64,000 bases of DNA. Source: Nitrospirota bacterium (GTDB lineage Bacteria > Nitrospirota > UBA9217). Below, piece after piece: positions 52,234 through 62,460 of this stretch. The translations under genes and the position numbers were made by a program. Where the stretch lies: the NCBI GenBank assembly GCA_035623825.1, contig DASPSR010000065.1, positions 1 to 64,000 on the forward strand. Direction: 5' to 3'. The notes beneath the pieces are model-generated. The model was not told the origin of the DNA. It searched no databases and worked only from the letters and a program-made list of their open reading frames with translations. Numbering within the stretch: position 1 is the stretch's first letter; every line of letters begins with the position of its first letter.

Positions 52234-52857
52234 TCACGTCATTAACCGAACTTTCATCTCCACTGGTTGTTTATGCGGACTGCTGCCGACCTTGGCAGGG
52301 CGGCCCACGGGCACAACGGCCATGAACTCTCCCTCAGGCTCGCCGAGGAACCGGAGGACATCGTCCTTGATGAGATACAGGATACCGAGCCAGACCGTCC
52401 CGAGGCCGAGAGAGGTGGCTGCAAGAAGAATGTTCTGAACGGCCGCCGCCGAACTCTGTATCTCCATCGTCCTGAAGAAATCGTGGGCCATCTCTTTTTC
52501 GACCTTGAAAAGCTCGGTCCCGTGCCTTATGAGGTCGCCCGTGTTCGCCACGGCGATGACAACCGGCGCCGAGATGATGCTTTTCGCTCCCATCCGGAGG
52601 AGGGCCGCAGCCGGCTTGGGAAATGTTGCCGACCGCGTCGTCACGAGCTGCGCCAGCTCCTGCTTCTTATCACCCCGAAGGATGATGAAACGCCACGCCT
52701 GCTGGTTGTGGGCTGACGGCGCCTGGTTGGCTGCCTGAAGAAGGACCCCGATCTCCTCTTCGGTCACGTGGTCTTTAGCGAAAGTCCTGACGCTGCGTCG
52801 GCTCTTGATTGTCTTGAGCGTATCATTTCGGGCAAGAACGGAATCATCGGGCAGCAT
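52234..52857 (-). CDS. Nitroreductase family protein
   Basis: IKSRRSVR, APSAHNQQAWRF, AVQNILLAA..LGLGTVW. Confidence 0.9.
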   Translation of the reverse strand: MLPDDSVLARNDTLKTIKSRRSVRTFAKDHVTEEEIGVLLQAANQAPSAHNQQAWRFIILRGDKKQELAQLVTTRSATFPKPAAALLRMGAKSIISAPVVIAVANTGDLIRHGTELFKVEKEMAHDFFRTMEIQSSAAAVQNILLAATSLGLGTVWLGILYLIKDDVLRFLGEPEGEFMAVVPVGRPAKVGSSPHKQPVEMKVRLMT

Positions 52858-53115
52858 GACGGGCCTCCTTATTCAGCGTGATGTCTCGTCAGACAAATCG
52901 TCATGAACATATCAGACGACGCGGGTGAAGTCAAGCATGACCGACAGTGCATCAAGGGAAAAGGACGGCTTCAGAGGGGACAAGATGATGATGCTGATAT
53001 ATCCATTCTATGGTCTTGATACAGTCGATCTCCCAGGACGACTTGTCGTCCCTGATCCCTCGCGACGCACTCGCCTCGCCATCATGCTATAATAGGAATA
53101 CGCCCTGTTCCGAAC

Positions 53116-53143
53116 ACTCACTCTGAATAACTCACTCTGAATA
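53116..53143. repeat. 14-bp perfect tandem duplication
   Basis: ACTCACTCTGAATA x2, shortly after TGcTATAAT. Confidence 0.85.
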
Positions 53144-53277
53144 TCCCCGAGCAATCGGCATATTTTACTTCAGGGAACGGCCGGGCTGAAGGTAGGCTTT
53201 TGCGGGTACCACGAGGCCAATCCACTTTCTCATCCCTGCTGAAAGAGAAAGAAACTGCCTGCAATTTTCAGGTCATC

Positions 53278-53712
53278 ATGGGGAGGCTTCCGCTAAACAA
53301 GTTACTCATCGCATTTGACGGTTCTGATCAGTCCTACAGGGCATTCGACTTCGCCCTGCAAATGTACCGGGTCTGCGGCGAGTCTCCCGAGATTACCGTG
53401 CTCTCAGTGGCGGAGCCGCCCGAGCCTTCGGGAATCATCAAGGGAGACTCCTTCCTTGACAGCGCCAACAAGCTCTATGAACATCTATTCAAGGGGCTTC
53501 GGGAAAAAGCGAGCAAAGCAAACCTTGAAATCAAAACCGGTGTCATCGTCGGCCATGCAGCGCATGAGATCATAAAATACGCCGCAGAGAGGAAAATCGA
53601 CATTATAATCGTGGGGCAGCGCGGCAGGTCTAAGGTTGCCAAATGGCTATTGGGTTCCGTGTCAAAGAGGATAGCGACGCATGCGCCGTGTACGGTCGCA
53701 ATCGTGAAATGA
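53278..53712 (+). CDS. Universal stress protein (start uncertain)
   Basis: LIAFDGS, G.AAHEI, DIIIVGQRG, LLGSVS...HAPC.V.IVK. Confidence 0.9.
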   Translation: MGRLPLNKLLIAFDGSDQSYRAFDFALQMYRVCGESPEITVLSVAEPPEPSGIIKGDSFLDSANKLYEHLFKGLREKASKANLEIKTGVIVGHAAHEIIKYAAERKIDIIIVGQRGRSKVAKWLLGSVSKRIATHAPCTVAIVK

Positions 53713-53876
53713 TCGTTGCGCTTGAGTTCGCCATCCGATGAAAAATGAACTTTCGCTCATAGTAGCCCCCCGAAAACGCCCGGTTTGGCAACATGGCGCC
53801 TCAAACGGCCCTTGTCGATACCGCGTCGGGCGCCGTCGCATCCTCTACGTCCGTTCTTCCAGTATTGAGAATTGAT

Positions 53877-56354
53877 TCAATCAGGTGTGTGCTCGGCAGG
53901 TATTACCTTGACCTCTATTGGCCGGACAGAGTCAAGATGGATGTCCCGCTGCGGGAAGGCGATAACGATACCGGCCTTATTGAGCAGCACGGTGATGTGA
54001 TGTCGAATATCGCTCAATATGACTCGGTTGTCCTTGTCAGGCTCCAGATCGAGCCAGAAATAGACTGTAAAAGTGAGTGAGCTGTCGGTAAATTGTTCCA
54101 GTAAGATGACGGGCGCGGGATCTTTCAGCACAAGGCCGTGGTCCTCTACGGCATTCAAAATCAGCTCCGATGCCTTTCGTGTGTCCGTGCTGTATGCTAC
54201 GCCTACAGAGATTGAATAGCGCATTCTCTTGTCGGAAAGCGTCCAGTTTGTGACCTTTTGCTGGAGAAACTGGCTGTTGGGGACCAGCAGTTCCACCCCA
54301 TCGAAGCGCTTGATAATGGAACTTCTCAGCCCGATGGATGTTACCCGTCCTGCCTCGCCGTCAACCTCAACGACATCGCCCAGTTTGACGGAACGGTCAA
54401 AGAGGAGGATCAATCCGCTGATGAAGTTATTGATGAGATGCTGCCCCCCGAAGCCGATACCGATGGCAAGTGCGCCGCCGAGGAAGGTGAACACCGCCAG
54501 GGGGATATTCACAAAGACCAGGGAGATGACGAAGATCCCGATGAACATAAAAAGAAAAACGACCTTGCTCGCCTGCTCCGCCGCACTTTCAGTCTGCCGG
54601 AATCTTCTGGTTATGATCCACCGTATCGGCTTGATGAGCCGATATGCAGCCCACGTGCCGACTACGAGGAGAATCAGGGCCTTGATCACTTTTCCAACGG
54701 TAACGCCTATCGGTCTTGCGATCCTGCTGCCCTCAGCTATAACCGTCTCCTCAGCAACATAAAGTTCGGTATTCCAAACGCTCTTCAGTAGGGACCCGAC
54801 GACCGCGAATATCTTTTTTATGTGGCTCTTCAGCGGCGCATGCTGCTGCCGGTCATTAAGCTCACTGTACAGGCGATTGGCAAGCCGTTCACCTCGGGCA
54901 AGGTACTCTGAAGCCCTCAACAGCATTGCTTGGCGCTCCTCGTAGGCATTAAGAATGATGCGGTCCTGACGCCGCTCAGCCTCTGTTTTATCAGTCTCGT
55001 TCAGTTTCTCTCTCTGGCTCTGGACCAGGGCCACCCAGTTCGAAAGCCTGTCCTCGATGTCTTTTTTCCAGAGCTTAATCCCATCCAGGGTCCGCTTGGT
55101 CCACTCCAATTTTTCATTGATCTCCTGAAGGTCGCTGTTTTGGGTGAGCCAATAGCGGTCTTCCCATATGGTCTGTGCGGTATCCAGCATTTGCATCATG
55201 CCCTTGAGGAATCTGATCTTCGCACTGTTGGCCTCTACAACGGTCTCTTGTGCGGAGACCGCGGGTTGGAGGCGGTTCAGCTCCGCAAGCAGTCTCGGGG
55301 TAGGCTGCTTGCCCTGACCGATTTTTTCCCGGACCTTGGCCAGGGCGTCGCGAGCCTGCTGCAGGCCCTTCCTTGCGTCCGCATCATTTCTCAGAGCTTT
55401 ACTAAGCTCGTCCTCAAGACCCCTTCGCTGTCCATCCAGCTCCTGAAGCTTTTTCTCAAGATCAGATTTCGAGAGTGGAGAGGCTTTTTCGGCAATATCT
55501 AATTTCAACTGGAGAAACTTGACATACTGTTTGCTGTCCTTAAGGACTTCTTCAAGGACGAGTCTCTGGGTCTCTGCGCACGTGGTACCTGCCTCGTTCA
55601 GGTCGTTCTGCAACTTTGCCATGTCCCTTATCCAGCGCCGCCGTGGTTCCTCGGAAGTCCCCTTGCTCTTGTCAAGGAGCTCTTCTGCGAGACGGACCTC
55701 TTTCTGGCTGTTTTTCAGGCCCTTGGAATACGACTGCAGGTCGCCCATGGCGACCTTGAGCCTCACTTCAAGAGTCTGCATGTCGAGATTCTGAGCAAGT
55801 ATCGAGTCATGCAAGTTGTCGAGAAACGATATGGGGAAAGGAGGCTTTTCGGTGAATCCCTGCCAAGCGTTTATCTCTGCGGTACGATCGCGGTGTTCTT
55901 TTCGTCTTTCCTTGAGCTCTTTTAATATTTCAACATTCTTGTTAAGAGTGTTCTCAAGTTCGCTCAAGAGCTTCTGGCGTTTTCTCAGATCATCGGGCGT
56001 CGCTATGAGCAGCTCTGCATCCTTTGTCCTTAACGCCTCCGCCGCTGAGCTGGACAAATTACGGAGGTCTTCGATTCGGGATTCAAGATGGTCTACATTG
56101 TTATCAATTTCCTCATCCGCGACAGGAAGCGCAACGCCCTTCAGTGATTTCGGACTCGTATCCTTATTCGCAATGACCTGCGGGAGTTGCTGAGCCCGGA
56201 GAGCAGCAGGCTGGCATAAAAAGAAAACCGTGAATAATAAGAGGGCGCAGGAGAGCTTCACCCGGCATTGCCCGGGGATAATATCGCTCAAACGTTTGAT
56301 CGTAATCCGTTTCATAACGCAGCTAGCCCTCAAGTCGATTTGTTGTCTGTTCAA
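53877..56354 (-). CDS. Large MscS-family mechanosensitive channel with periplasmic coiled-coil region (MscK-like; start uncertain)
   Basis: GALAIGIGFG, NFISGLILL, IGLRSS, VPNS, NWT, IAFPQRD. Confidence 0.9.
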   Translation of the reverse strand: MNRQQIDLRASCVMKRITIKRLSDIIPGQCRVKLSCALLLFTVFFLCQPAALRAQQLPQVIANKDTSPKSLKGVALPVADEEIDNNVDHLESRIEDLRNLSSSAAEALRTKDAELLIATPDDLRKRQKLLSELENTLNKNVEILKELKERRKEHRDRTAEINAWQGFTEKPPFPISFLDNLHDSILAQNLDMQTLEVRLKVAMGDLQSYSKGLKNSQKEVRLAEELLDKSKGTSEEPRRRWIRDMAKLQNDLNEAGTTCAETQRLVLEEVLKDSKQYVKFLQLKLDIAEKASPLSKSDLEKKLQELDGQRRGLEDELSKALRNDADARKGLQQARDALAKVREKIGQGKQPTPRLLAELNRLQPAVSAQETVVEANSAKIRFLKGMMQMLDTAQTIWEDRYWLTQNSDLQEINEKLEWTKRTLDGIKLWKKDIEDRLSNWVALVQSQREKLNETDKTEAERRQDRIILNAYEERQAMLLRASEYLARGERLANRLYSELNDRQQHAPLKSHIKKIFAVVGSLLKSVWNTELYVAEETVIAEGSRIARPIGVTVGKVIKALILLVVGTWAAYRLIKPIRWIITRRFRQTESAAEQASKVVFLFMFIGIFVISLVFVNIPLAVFTFLGGALAIGIGFGGQHLINNFISGLILLFDRSVKLGDVVEVDGEAGRVTSIGLRSSIIKRFDGVELLVPNSQFLQQKVTNWTLSDKRMRYSISVGVAYSTDTRKASELILNAVEDHGLVLKDPAPVILLEQFTDSSLTFTVYFWLDLEPDKDNRVILSDIRHHITVLLNKAGIVIAFPQRDIHLDSVRPIEVKVIPAEHTPD

Positions 56355-56845
56355 CTATCTCTCGTTGAGCAGATTTTTTGACCACGTTGTTTCCGCTGGA
56401 TCCCGTAAAACCACCGGACCATGCAATGTGCAGACTATAAACGGAAACAATTATTTTGTCAATCTGCCGTTCTTGTGAACTCGTAGATGCCGACCGGACC
56501 ACGGGGTTCTGAGCAGAGTACCATCACAACAAAGAAGAAGCATCAGGAGGTTCCGCCTTTGGAGCATCATATGGATATTTGCTCTCCGCGAGACTGACCT
56601 GATTTAGGCAATCTGCAGAGCCGGTATCGAAGCCAAGGGCGGAACGTTCGGGCAGTATTCGTCGGAATCGACAATGGCTAATCTCTTGAGAAGAAACATT
56701 TAGGGAAAAAGCTGATAATGTGGTTTTTCGCCACTTGCTACTGCAAGCACTTATGGTATGATAGTATTTTATAAAGCAAGTTCAGCATATCGTTCGACTC
56801 GATTCTCAAAACACAACCAAACCAACCACTACGAAAGGAGAAGAC

Positions 56846-57409
56846 ATGTCAGGCAACCCTACCATAGGCATAGCGGCATCAACTGAGAAAATCGGTAAGG
56901 CGGGATTGGCCGTCAGAAGAGGCGTCATCAGAAGCCTCAATGGGATAGATGAGATCGAGTCTGAAATCGTCAGCCTTGTGCGAACTATTGTCTCCGATTC
57001 GCTTCAGGCAGCAAGATCCGTCCCGGGCGAATCGGTCGGGATTATCAAAGACATAGTCACGGGTTCAATCCAGGCCGCGGAAGAGTTCGATGCCGGACTG
57101 ATCCTGAGCATAAAAAGCGTAGCGAAAGGGATCATGATGGGAGCGAGCGATGTCGACCGAGACTTGGTTTCGGTTGCAGGCTTGACGCTCAAAGGTATTG
57201 TCAGGGGCTCGGCCGAGAACGGCGCAGACATTGAGCTGGTGACGCGGCGGGCTGTCCAAGGCGTGCTTGAAGCCACGAGAGACGTCGGTGGCAACGTGGA
57301 AGAAGTCGCAAGGGCTTCCGTGGTGGGTGCTGTCGGCGCCGCCGCCTCGATCGGCAACACGTCAGTCGAGGCAGCCAGGGATATCATGGCCGTGTCATTG
57401 TTGAGGTAA
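56846..57409 (+). CDS. Hypothetical Ala/Gly/Val-rich helical-repeat protein
   Basis: AAGGAG RBS; recurring V.G...AA...G pattern. Confidence 0.65.
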   Translation: MSGNPTIGIAASTEKIGKAGLAVRRGVIRSLNGIDEIESEIVSLVRTIVSDSLQAARSVPGESVGIIKDIVTGSIQAAEEFDAGLILSIKSVAKGIMMGASDVDRDLVSVAGLTLKGIVRGSAENGADIELVTRRAVQGVLEATRDVGGNVEEVARASVVGAVGAAASIGNTSVEAARDIMAVSLLR

Positions 57410-57592
57410 AGGGGATAGCCAGCAACGCAGTCCTCAGGGCGAGGGCAGCTTGATCTGCAAGCATTAGAGCGGCCGACGGGTCCCTACCTGTCCAAATTGA
57501 GAAATGCCCCTTTATTTTTTTCAAAAAAGACCGAAAAAGTAGTAAAATACCGCATTAGGTATCACAAAACCCACAAGAGGGAGCTGTTCATA

Positions 57593-58504
57593 ATGCAGGA
57601 TCGACAGGAACGCGCCGGGAAGATCTTTCTCGGCGTCAGCATTGCAGGCGCTTTATACGTCCTCACGGAACTGGTCCTCCAAGCCTTCGGCACAAGCATC
57701 TGCCATACCAACGGTTGCAAGACGGTTGCGCAGCATGCGAGGTTCGGCGATGCATCAATACTCGTCATGGGACTGGCGCTTTTTTCCTCGCTGGCAGCGC
57801 TCGACTTCGCGAGCCTTTATCGCGGCAGACGGGGACTGGACAAGTACGTTGATACTATCCTCGTCGCGGCGCTGGCGGGCGAAGGCTATTTTACAGGTTA
57901 TCAGGCTTTCAGGATTCATGAACCCTGTTTTTTCTGCCTGACCGTGTTCGGGCTGCTCGTCATCCTCGGCGTCGTGAGACTCATCTCAGGTAGGAGAGAG
58001 ATCGTTGCCGGGTTTGCAGCCATGGTCACGGTCTTCAGCCTCCTGTACATAATTCTCCCTGCCGGCGGCTCGGTGCATATCCCCGATGATGAGCAGTATG
58101 TCCTTTTCTACAGCAAAGACTGCAAGTACTGCGCCCAGGTTATTGACGATATCGAGAAGAATGCGATTCCCGTCAAACACATACTCGTGTCAGAGTACTC
58201 CTCCTACCTGAAGAGCATGGGAATAGAGCATGTCCCGACGCTGTATGTCAACAATGGCTTCGAGAAGACCTTTCTGACCGGAAAGGACGCGATCGAGAGC
58301 TACCTGCTCTGCAAAACAAGGAAGGATCCGGTCCCGTCAGCGGTGCGCGCAAGCTCTGCCGCGCCGGCAGGCAAAGCTAAACGAACCGGGAGAGACGGGT
58401 CGTTATCAGATGAGAATTTTCTGAATTCCGGCGACAACTCATCGCAGATCCTCCTGCCTGCTCCCAAGGAAGGGATGTGCAAGGAAAACGAAAAGTGCAA
58501 TTGA
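57593..58504 (+). CDS. VKOR-like membrane disulfide oxidoreductase fused to a thioredoxin-like domain
   Basis: CHTNGC..V loop Cys pair; Y.Q....PCFFC; then FYSKDCKYC...HVPTL (CxxC plus cis-Pro); C-terminal CKENEKC. Confidence 0.75.
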   Translation: MQDRQERAGKIFLGVSIAGALYVLTELVLQAFGTSICHTNGCKTVAQHARFGDASILVMGLALFSSLAALDFASLYRGRRGLDKYVDTILVAALAGEGYFTGYQAFRIHEPCFFCLTVFGLLVILGVVRLISGRREIVAGFAAMVTVFSLLYIILPAGGSVHIPDDEQYVLFYSKDCKYCAQVIDDIEKNAIPVKHILVSEYSSYLKSMGIEHVPTLYVNNGFEKTFLTGKDAIESYLLCKTRKDPVPSAVRASSAAPAGKAKRTGRDGSLSDENFLNSGDNSSQILLPAPKEGMCKENEKCN

Positions 58505-58595
58505 TCCATGGTCCTTCGGACACGACCTTACCTCATTCTGTCTCAGCCATACGTCCCCCGATTGCAATAAAGTGAAAAGTTGCAAATGCTGGAAA

Positions 58596-58625
58596 TTGAC
58601 AGATTCTCGTAACAGTGTTTAAATT
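58596..58625 (+). promoter_or_regulatory. Sigma70-type promoter
   Basis: TTGACA-N17-TTAAAT immediately before the riboswitch. Confidence 0.6.
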
Positions 58626-58632
58626 TAATTAG

Positions 58633-58713
58633 CCCCGATAAAGCCAACCCCTCGACGAAAAGGGGGCGGAAAGCGGCGGGTCTTAGAGATCAAGACGGCC
58701 GAGCTGCCGAAGG
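58633..58713 (+). promoter_or_regulatory. c-di-GMP-I (GEMM-I) riboswitch
   Basis: GATAAAGCCAACCCCT...AGGGGGCGGAAAGCGGCGGGTCTT..AAGACGGCCGAGCTGCCGAA fits the P1/P2/P3 GEMM layout. Confidence 0.8.
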
Positions 58714-58743
58714 ATGAGCCTTTGGCACGCTCGGCCTTTTTTT
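58697..58743 (+). terminator. Riboswitch-controlled intrinsic terminator
   Basis: GGCCGAGCTGCCGAAGG-atgag-CCTTTGGCAcGCTCGGCC followed by a T run; overlaps the aptamer 3' strand. Confidence 0.8.
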
Positions 58744-58828
58744 GGTGGAGAGGGTGACGTCGGAAATCACGCTGTTCCCCGAGCCGCAAAGACACTGCGT
58801 CACTCTGCACAATTCACCTAAGGAGGAT

Positions 58829-59311
58829 ATGATGCATACCATCAAACGTATCCTCGTTGTGAGCAGAATGACCGGGCTCTGCGGGAACGCAGTGCATTAT
58901 GGAATCTCGATGTCGAGACAGCTTGATGCGAAACTCTATATCCTGCACATAATGGATAATCCCTTCAAGTGCGGTCGGGGATGGAATCTCTCAGTACCGA
59001 GCCTGACAATTGCGAACGAGTATGATAAAATGCTCCAGAAAACGAGGGAAGACCTGGATGAAATAATCAGAACCGAGCGGGTGAACGGCAATAATAATAT
59101 CATTGAACTGATCAGGACAGGAGACGCCGGAGAGGTCATCATGCAAATCGCTGATGAGGAGAACATCGATCTCATCATCATGTCGGCTCACAAGGAAGGG
59201 CGCCTGGAGCAAATCCTGTTCGGATACAGCAACGAAAAGATCATCAGGAAGATGCCCTGTTCAATTCTTCTGGTAAAAACAGAGCCCGCAGTGATCGGCG
59301 TGGAATACTGA
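58829..59311 (+). CDS. Universal stress protein
   Basis: AAGGAGG RBS; IKRILVV, G.....I, DLIIM, LFG...IIRKMPCSILLVK. Confidence 0.88.
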   Translation: MMHTIKRILVVSRMTGLCGNAVHYGISMSRQLDAKLYILHIMDNPFKCGRGWNLSVPSLTIANEYDKMLQKTREDLDEIIRTERVNGNNNIIELIRTGDAGEVIMQIADEENIDLIIMSAHKEGRLEQILFGYSNEKIIRKMPCSILLVKTEPAVIGVEY

Positions 59312-59679
59312 TTCCACGCATGCAATACATGTTCCGTGCAAAAATTATTTTGCTGTTGGCACGACTCACATCATCCCCGTCAGCAGGGGCGGCATGCTGG
59401 CATGCACCTACCGTATCGTTCAATTATCTCAAAAACAGACATTTTGACTTTGACGAAATCCCCCTCTTTTAATCTTTATTTTCTCGGGGAATTTCGCTAT
59501 ACTTGCTATCAAATTAAACATCGATCCTTTCTGAATCCGGCTAATTTGCAGGATCACGGGAAGCAGCTGGGTTGCTGAAGGGCGTCGGCTTCAGCGGGCC
59601 GGGACTCGGCGTGAATTTCCGCTTCTGACAAGAATCCGTTAGTGAGCTGAAACGAGACTGACTTAAGATAGGAGGAGCA

Positions 59680-59931
59680 GTGATTACCCTGGTTTTCGTT
59701 ATCATCATCGTGGCTGTTGTTGCTATCTTTTCCATACAGAATTCGACTCCGGTTTCCGTCATGTTTCTGTCCTGGCATTTTGAGGCATCGCTCGCCATCA
59801 TAATACTTTTATCGGTTCTCACGGGTCTCATCATCGGCATGATCGTTCTATTGTCTATACGATTCGTGCGTTCATCAAGAAAGAAAGGCAACCAAGAAAG
59901 CAAGGGCGTGTTCAAGGAAAAACGCACATGA
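59680..59931 (+). CDS. LapA-family small membrane protein
   Basis: AIFSIQN..PV.V.FL.W...SLA; AGGAGG RBS. Confidence 0.8.
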   Translation: MITLVFVIIIVAVVAIFSIQNSTPVSVMFLSWHFEASLAIIILLSVLTGLIIGMIVLLSIRFVRSSRKKGNQESKGVFKEKRT

Positions 59932-60035
59932 GGACCTTAGCAGACGCGATCATGTCAAGAATACTACAGTATCGGGTCGGGTGACCCACTCTCACACACT
60001 CACCTTCCCTTTCAATTATCGGGCCCGAGCAGCCG

Positions 60036-61286
60036 CTACCTGCCACGCCAACCATTGCTGGCGAACAACCCTGAGGAATAACGGCCTCCGCCTGTAAACG
60101 TCCTCGACGATGCGTTCGATCCCCCGGGCCGTCCTTCACCACGCATCAGTGGCGCTCTCGAAGAGACGAAAGGTCTGACTGATTCATTGCTTCCCCTCGT
60201 AGTAGCAGGTCTGGACATCCTCTGAGGTGTGCCTGGCGCGATATATCGCCTCATGCCTCCCTTAAAAGGCCCGGAGTACGACCTTCCGGGCGCGCTTGGC
60301 ACGACAAACTGTCTCCCGCCGCCGCGGGCCATGGTGCCTTCAGGGACCATACCGGCTCGCGTGCGTTCTAGGCTCCTGGAATAGATCGTGCCAGCGCTCC
60401 TCCTCGCCTCTTGAGACCAGGACCCTTCCGCCCTGAGCGTGCTATTCGCGGAAATTCCCGACCTCTCGGCCTGAGGGCCGGCGAGGCTGACCCCATTTCT
60501 CATGTCCGCGAGATTCCTAAACGTCCTGCCATCTTGGGACCGGAGCGTCGTTTCTGGTCGAACGGCACCTTCAGTCGTCCGCGTGACCGGATCGACCGTG
60601 GCGACGGTCCTGGTGTGCCGGTCAACGACATGGTTGCTCACGATGACCGGGCCGTGATTGACAACCACCACCCTCGTGAAGCTGTGGCACATGTAGTAGC
60701 CCGGGAACCAGAAACCGAACCAGAAGCTGGGATAGGGCACCCAATCATAAAGATACCCATAATATACGGGAGGCGGATAATAGGTTATGACCGGAGGGCC
60801 CTGATAGTAGTAGTATTGGTCGACCATTTGCGAGTCGGGTGGTATTGGAGGGGCCATCGTGTTATCTTGAGGCGGGGCCTGCGGGCCAGCCGGGGCCGGC
60901 AGATTCATTTGCGCCGCTAAATAGTAGAGACCCTTATTGGCCTCCTCAGCAGACGTGGGCAGCTTACCTTCGGAGGCCGCCTTGTCAATAGAATCCCGGA
61001 GCTGACCTATGATCTCGGGTGTTACCGGGTAATCCGAGAGCCACCCGTTCTGAGGTGCGACCCCAGCCCTGGCCAACATCTCCTCGGCAGAGGCTTCATC
61101 GGTTGGTGAGCCTAAATTGAGCGTGGCCGCCAGCTTAATGGCAAAATCGCCTTCGCGCACCAGCGCCTGAGCTACAGGAGGGACTTGTAGGTTCTCAGAT
61201 ATTTGCGACCCGTAGTCTTCAGCAAAGGCCGCGAAAGGATACAGGAGTAAGCTGGCTGCCACTATGACAGACAGCAATGTCTTCAT
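60036..61286 (-). CDS. Exported hypothetical protein with Tyr/Pro/Trp-rich centre and Arg/Gly/Ser-rich tail
   Basis: Signal peptide; LVREGDFA..LA, G..P.NGW..DYPVTP; YYPPP..Y.YLYDWVPYP. Confidence 0.7.
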   Translation of the reverse strand: MKTLLSVIVAASLLLYPFAAFAEDYGSQISENLQVPPVAQALVREGDFAIKLAATLNLGSPTDEASAEEMLARAGVAPQNGWLSDYPVTPEIIGQLRDSIDKAASEGKLPTSAEEANKGLYYLAAQMNLPAPAGPQAPPQDNTMAPPIPPDSQMVDQYYYYQGPPVITYYPPPVYYGYLYDWVPYPSFWFGFWFPGYYMCHSFTRVVVVNHGPVIVSNHVVDRHTRTVATVDPVTRTTEGAVRPETTLRSQDGRTFRNLADMRNGVSLAGPQAERSGISANSTLRAEGSWSQEARRSAGTIYSRSLERTRAGMVPEGTMARGGGRQFVVPSAPGRSYSGPFKGGMRRYIAPGTPQRMSRPATTRGSNESVRPFVSSRAPLMRGEGRPGGSNASSRTFTGGGRYSSGLFASNGWRGR

Positions 61287-61509
61287 ACTTCACTCCTTTA
61301 TCTTATTATATTTTACCACACGCAACCCCATGAATCAATCGTCTGTCATATAAACAACAAACCTCCCAGAGCTTCGGGTTTCGAGTGATAACCTTCAGGT
61401 GTACAGATACAGCGGGAACTATCATTGCTTGAACGGGATCGGACAGCTTTTCGACACTGCATTTCCGAATTATGAGCCTATGGGGACGTGATCCCGTTTT
61501 CATGCGGCA

Positions 61510-62460
61510 TCAGTATGGCCGGCCCCCTGCTCTCTGGGCCTCTATATAATGGGCTGCAGCCAGTGCTGCTATGCATCCGTCGGCGGCCGCGACCACGATC
61601 TGGTTCGCGAACTTTTGTCGCAGGTCTCCGGCAACGAAAATGCCCGGAACACTCGTCCCGCACTTCTCGTCCGTCACGACGAAGCCCATTTCGTTTATCC
61701 TGACCGCCGGGGGAATCAATCTATTATTGGGAGAATAGCCAATAAAAATGAAGACGCCTTCCGTCGGGATCACTCCCTTTTCTCCGGTTTCAGTATTTTC
61801 GAAAGAGACGGCGCCGACCGTTCTTCCGTACCCCTTGATCTCCGTAATGATCGTGTTCCAGATCACTTCGATCCTTGGTTCCGTCATAAGACGGCCTTGA
61901 AGAATCTGACTTGCCCGGAGCACATTTGTCCTATGGATGAGATATACCTTCCTTGTCAGTCTTGACAGATAAAGCGCCTCCTCGACAGCGGTGTCCCCGC
62001 CCCCGACGACAACGACGGTCTTCTCCCTGAAGAAGAACCCATCGCAGGTGGCGCAGTAAGAAACTCCGCTGCCCAGATATTCCGCTTCCCCCGGGATGCC
62101 CAGCTTTCGAGCGGTCCCCCCCAGCGCCAGGATCAGCGCAACGGAATTAAACACATCGCCATTCGCAAGCCGTACCGAGTGAAGAACCGGTCCGGCGTCT
62201 ACTGCTGCAATCTCTTGCTGGACAATTCTCAGGCCGAATGACTGGGCATGATGAACGAGTTTCTCTGCCAAATCAAAGCCGGTTATGCCCTCCACGCCCG
62301 GGTAGTTCTCCACCTCCTTTGATATGGCAATCTGGCCGCCGATCAGCCCTTTCTCAAAAAGAATTGTCTTCAGCGCGGCTCTATTGCAATAAAGCCCGGC
62401 CGCAAGCCCGGCAGGCCCCCCTCCCACAATGATTACTTCATAAGTCTCCTTATTCACCAT
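61510..62460 (-). CDS. trxB: Thioredoxin reductase
   Basis: GGGPAGL, ENYPG, GVSYCATCDG, GGGDTAVEEA, AGD. Confidence 0.96.
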   Translation of the reverse strand: MVNKETYEVIIVGGGPAGLAAGLYCNRAALKTILFEKGLIGGQIAISKEVENYPGVEGITGFDLAEKLVHHAQSFGLRIVQQEIAAVDAGPVLHSVRLANGDVFNSVALILALGGTARKLGIPGEAEYLGSGVSYCATCDGFFFREKTVVVVGGGDTAVEEALYLSRLTRKVYLIHRTNVLRASQILQGRLMTEPRIEVIWNTIITEIKGYGRTVGAVSFENTETGEKGVIPTEGVFIFIGYSPNNRLIPPAVRINEMGFVVTDEKCGTSVPGIFVAGDLRQKFANQIVVAAADGCIAALAAAHYIEAQRAGGRPY

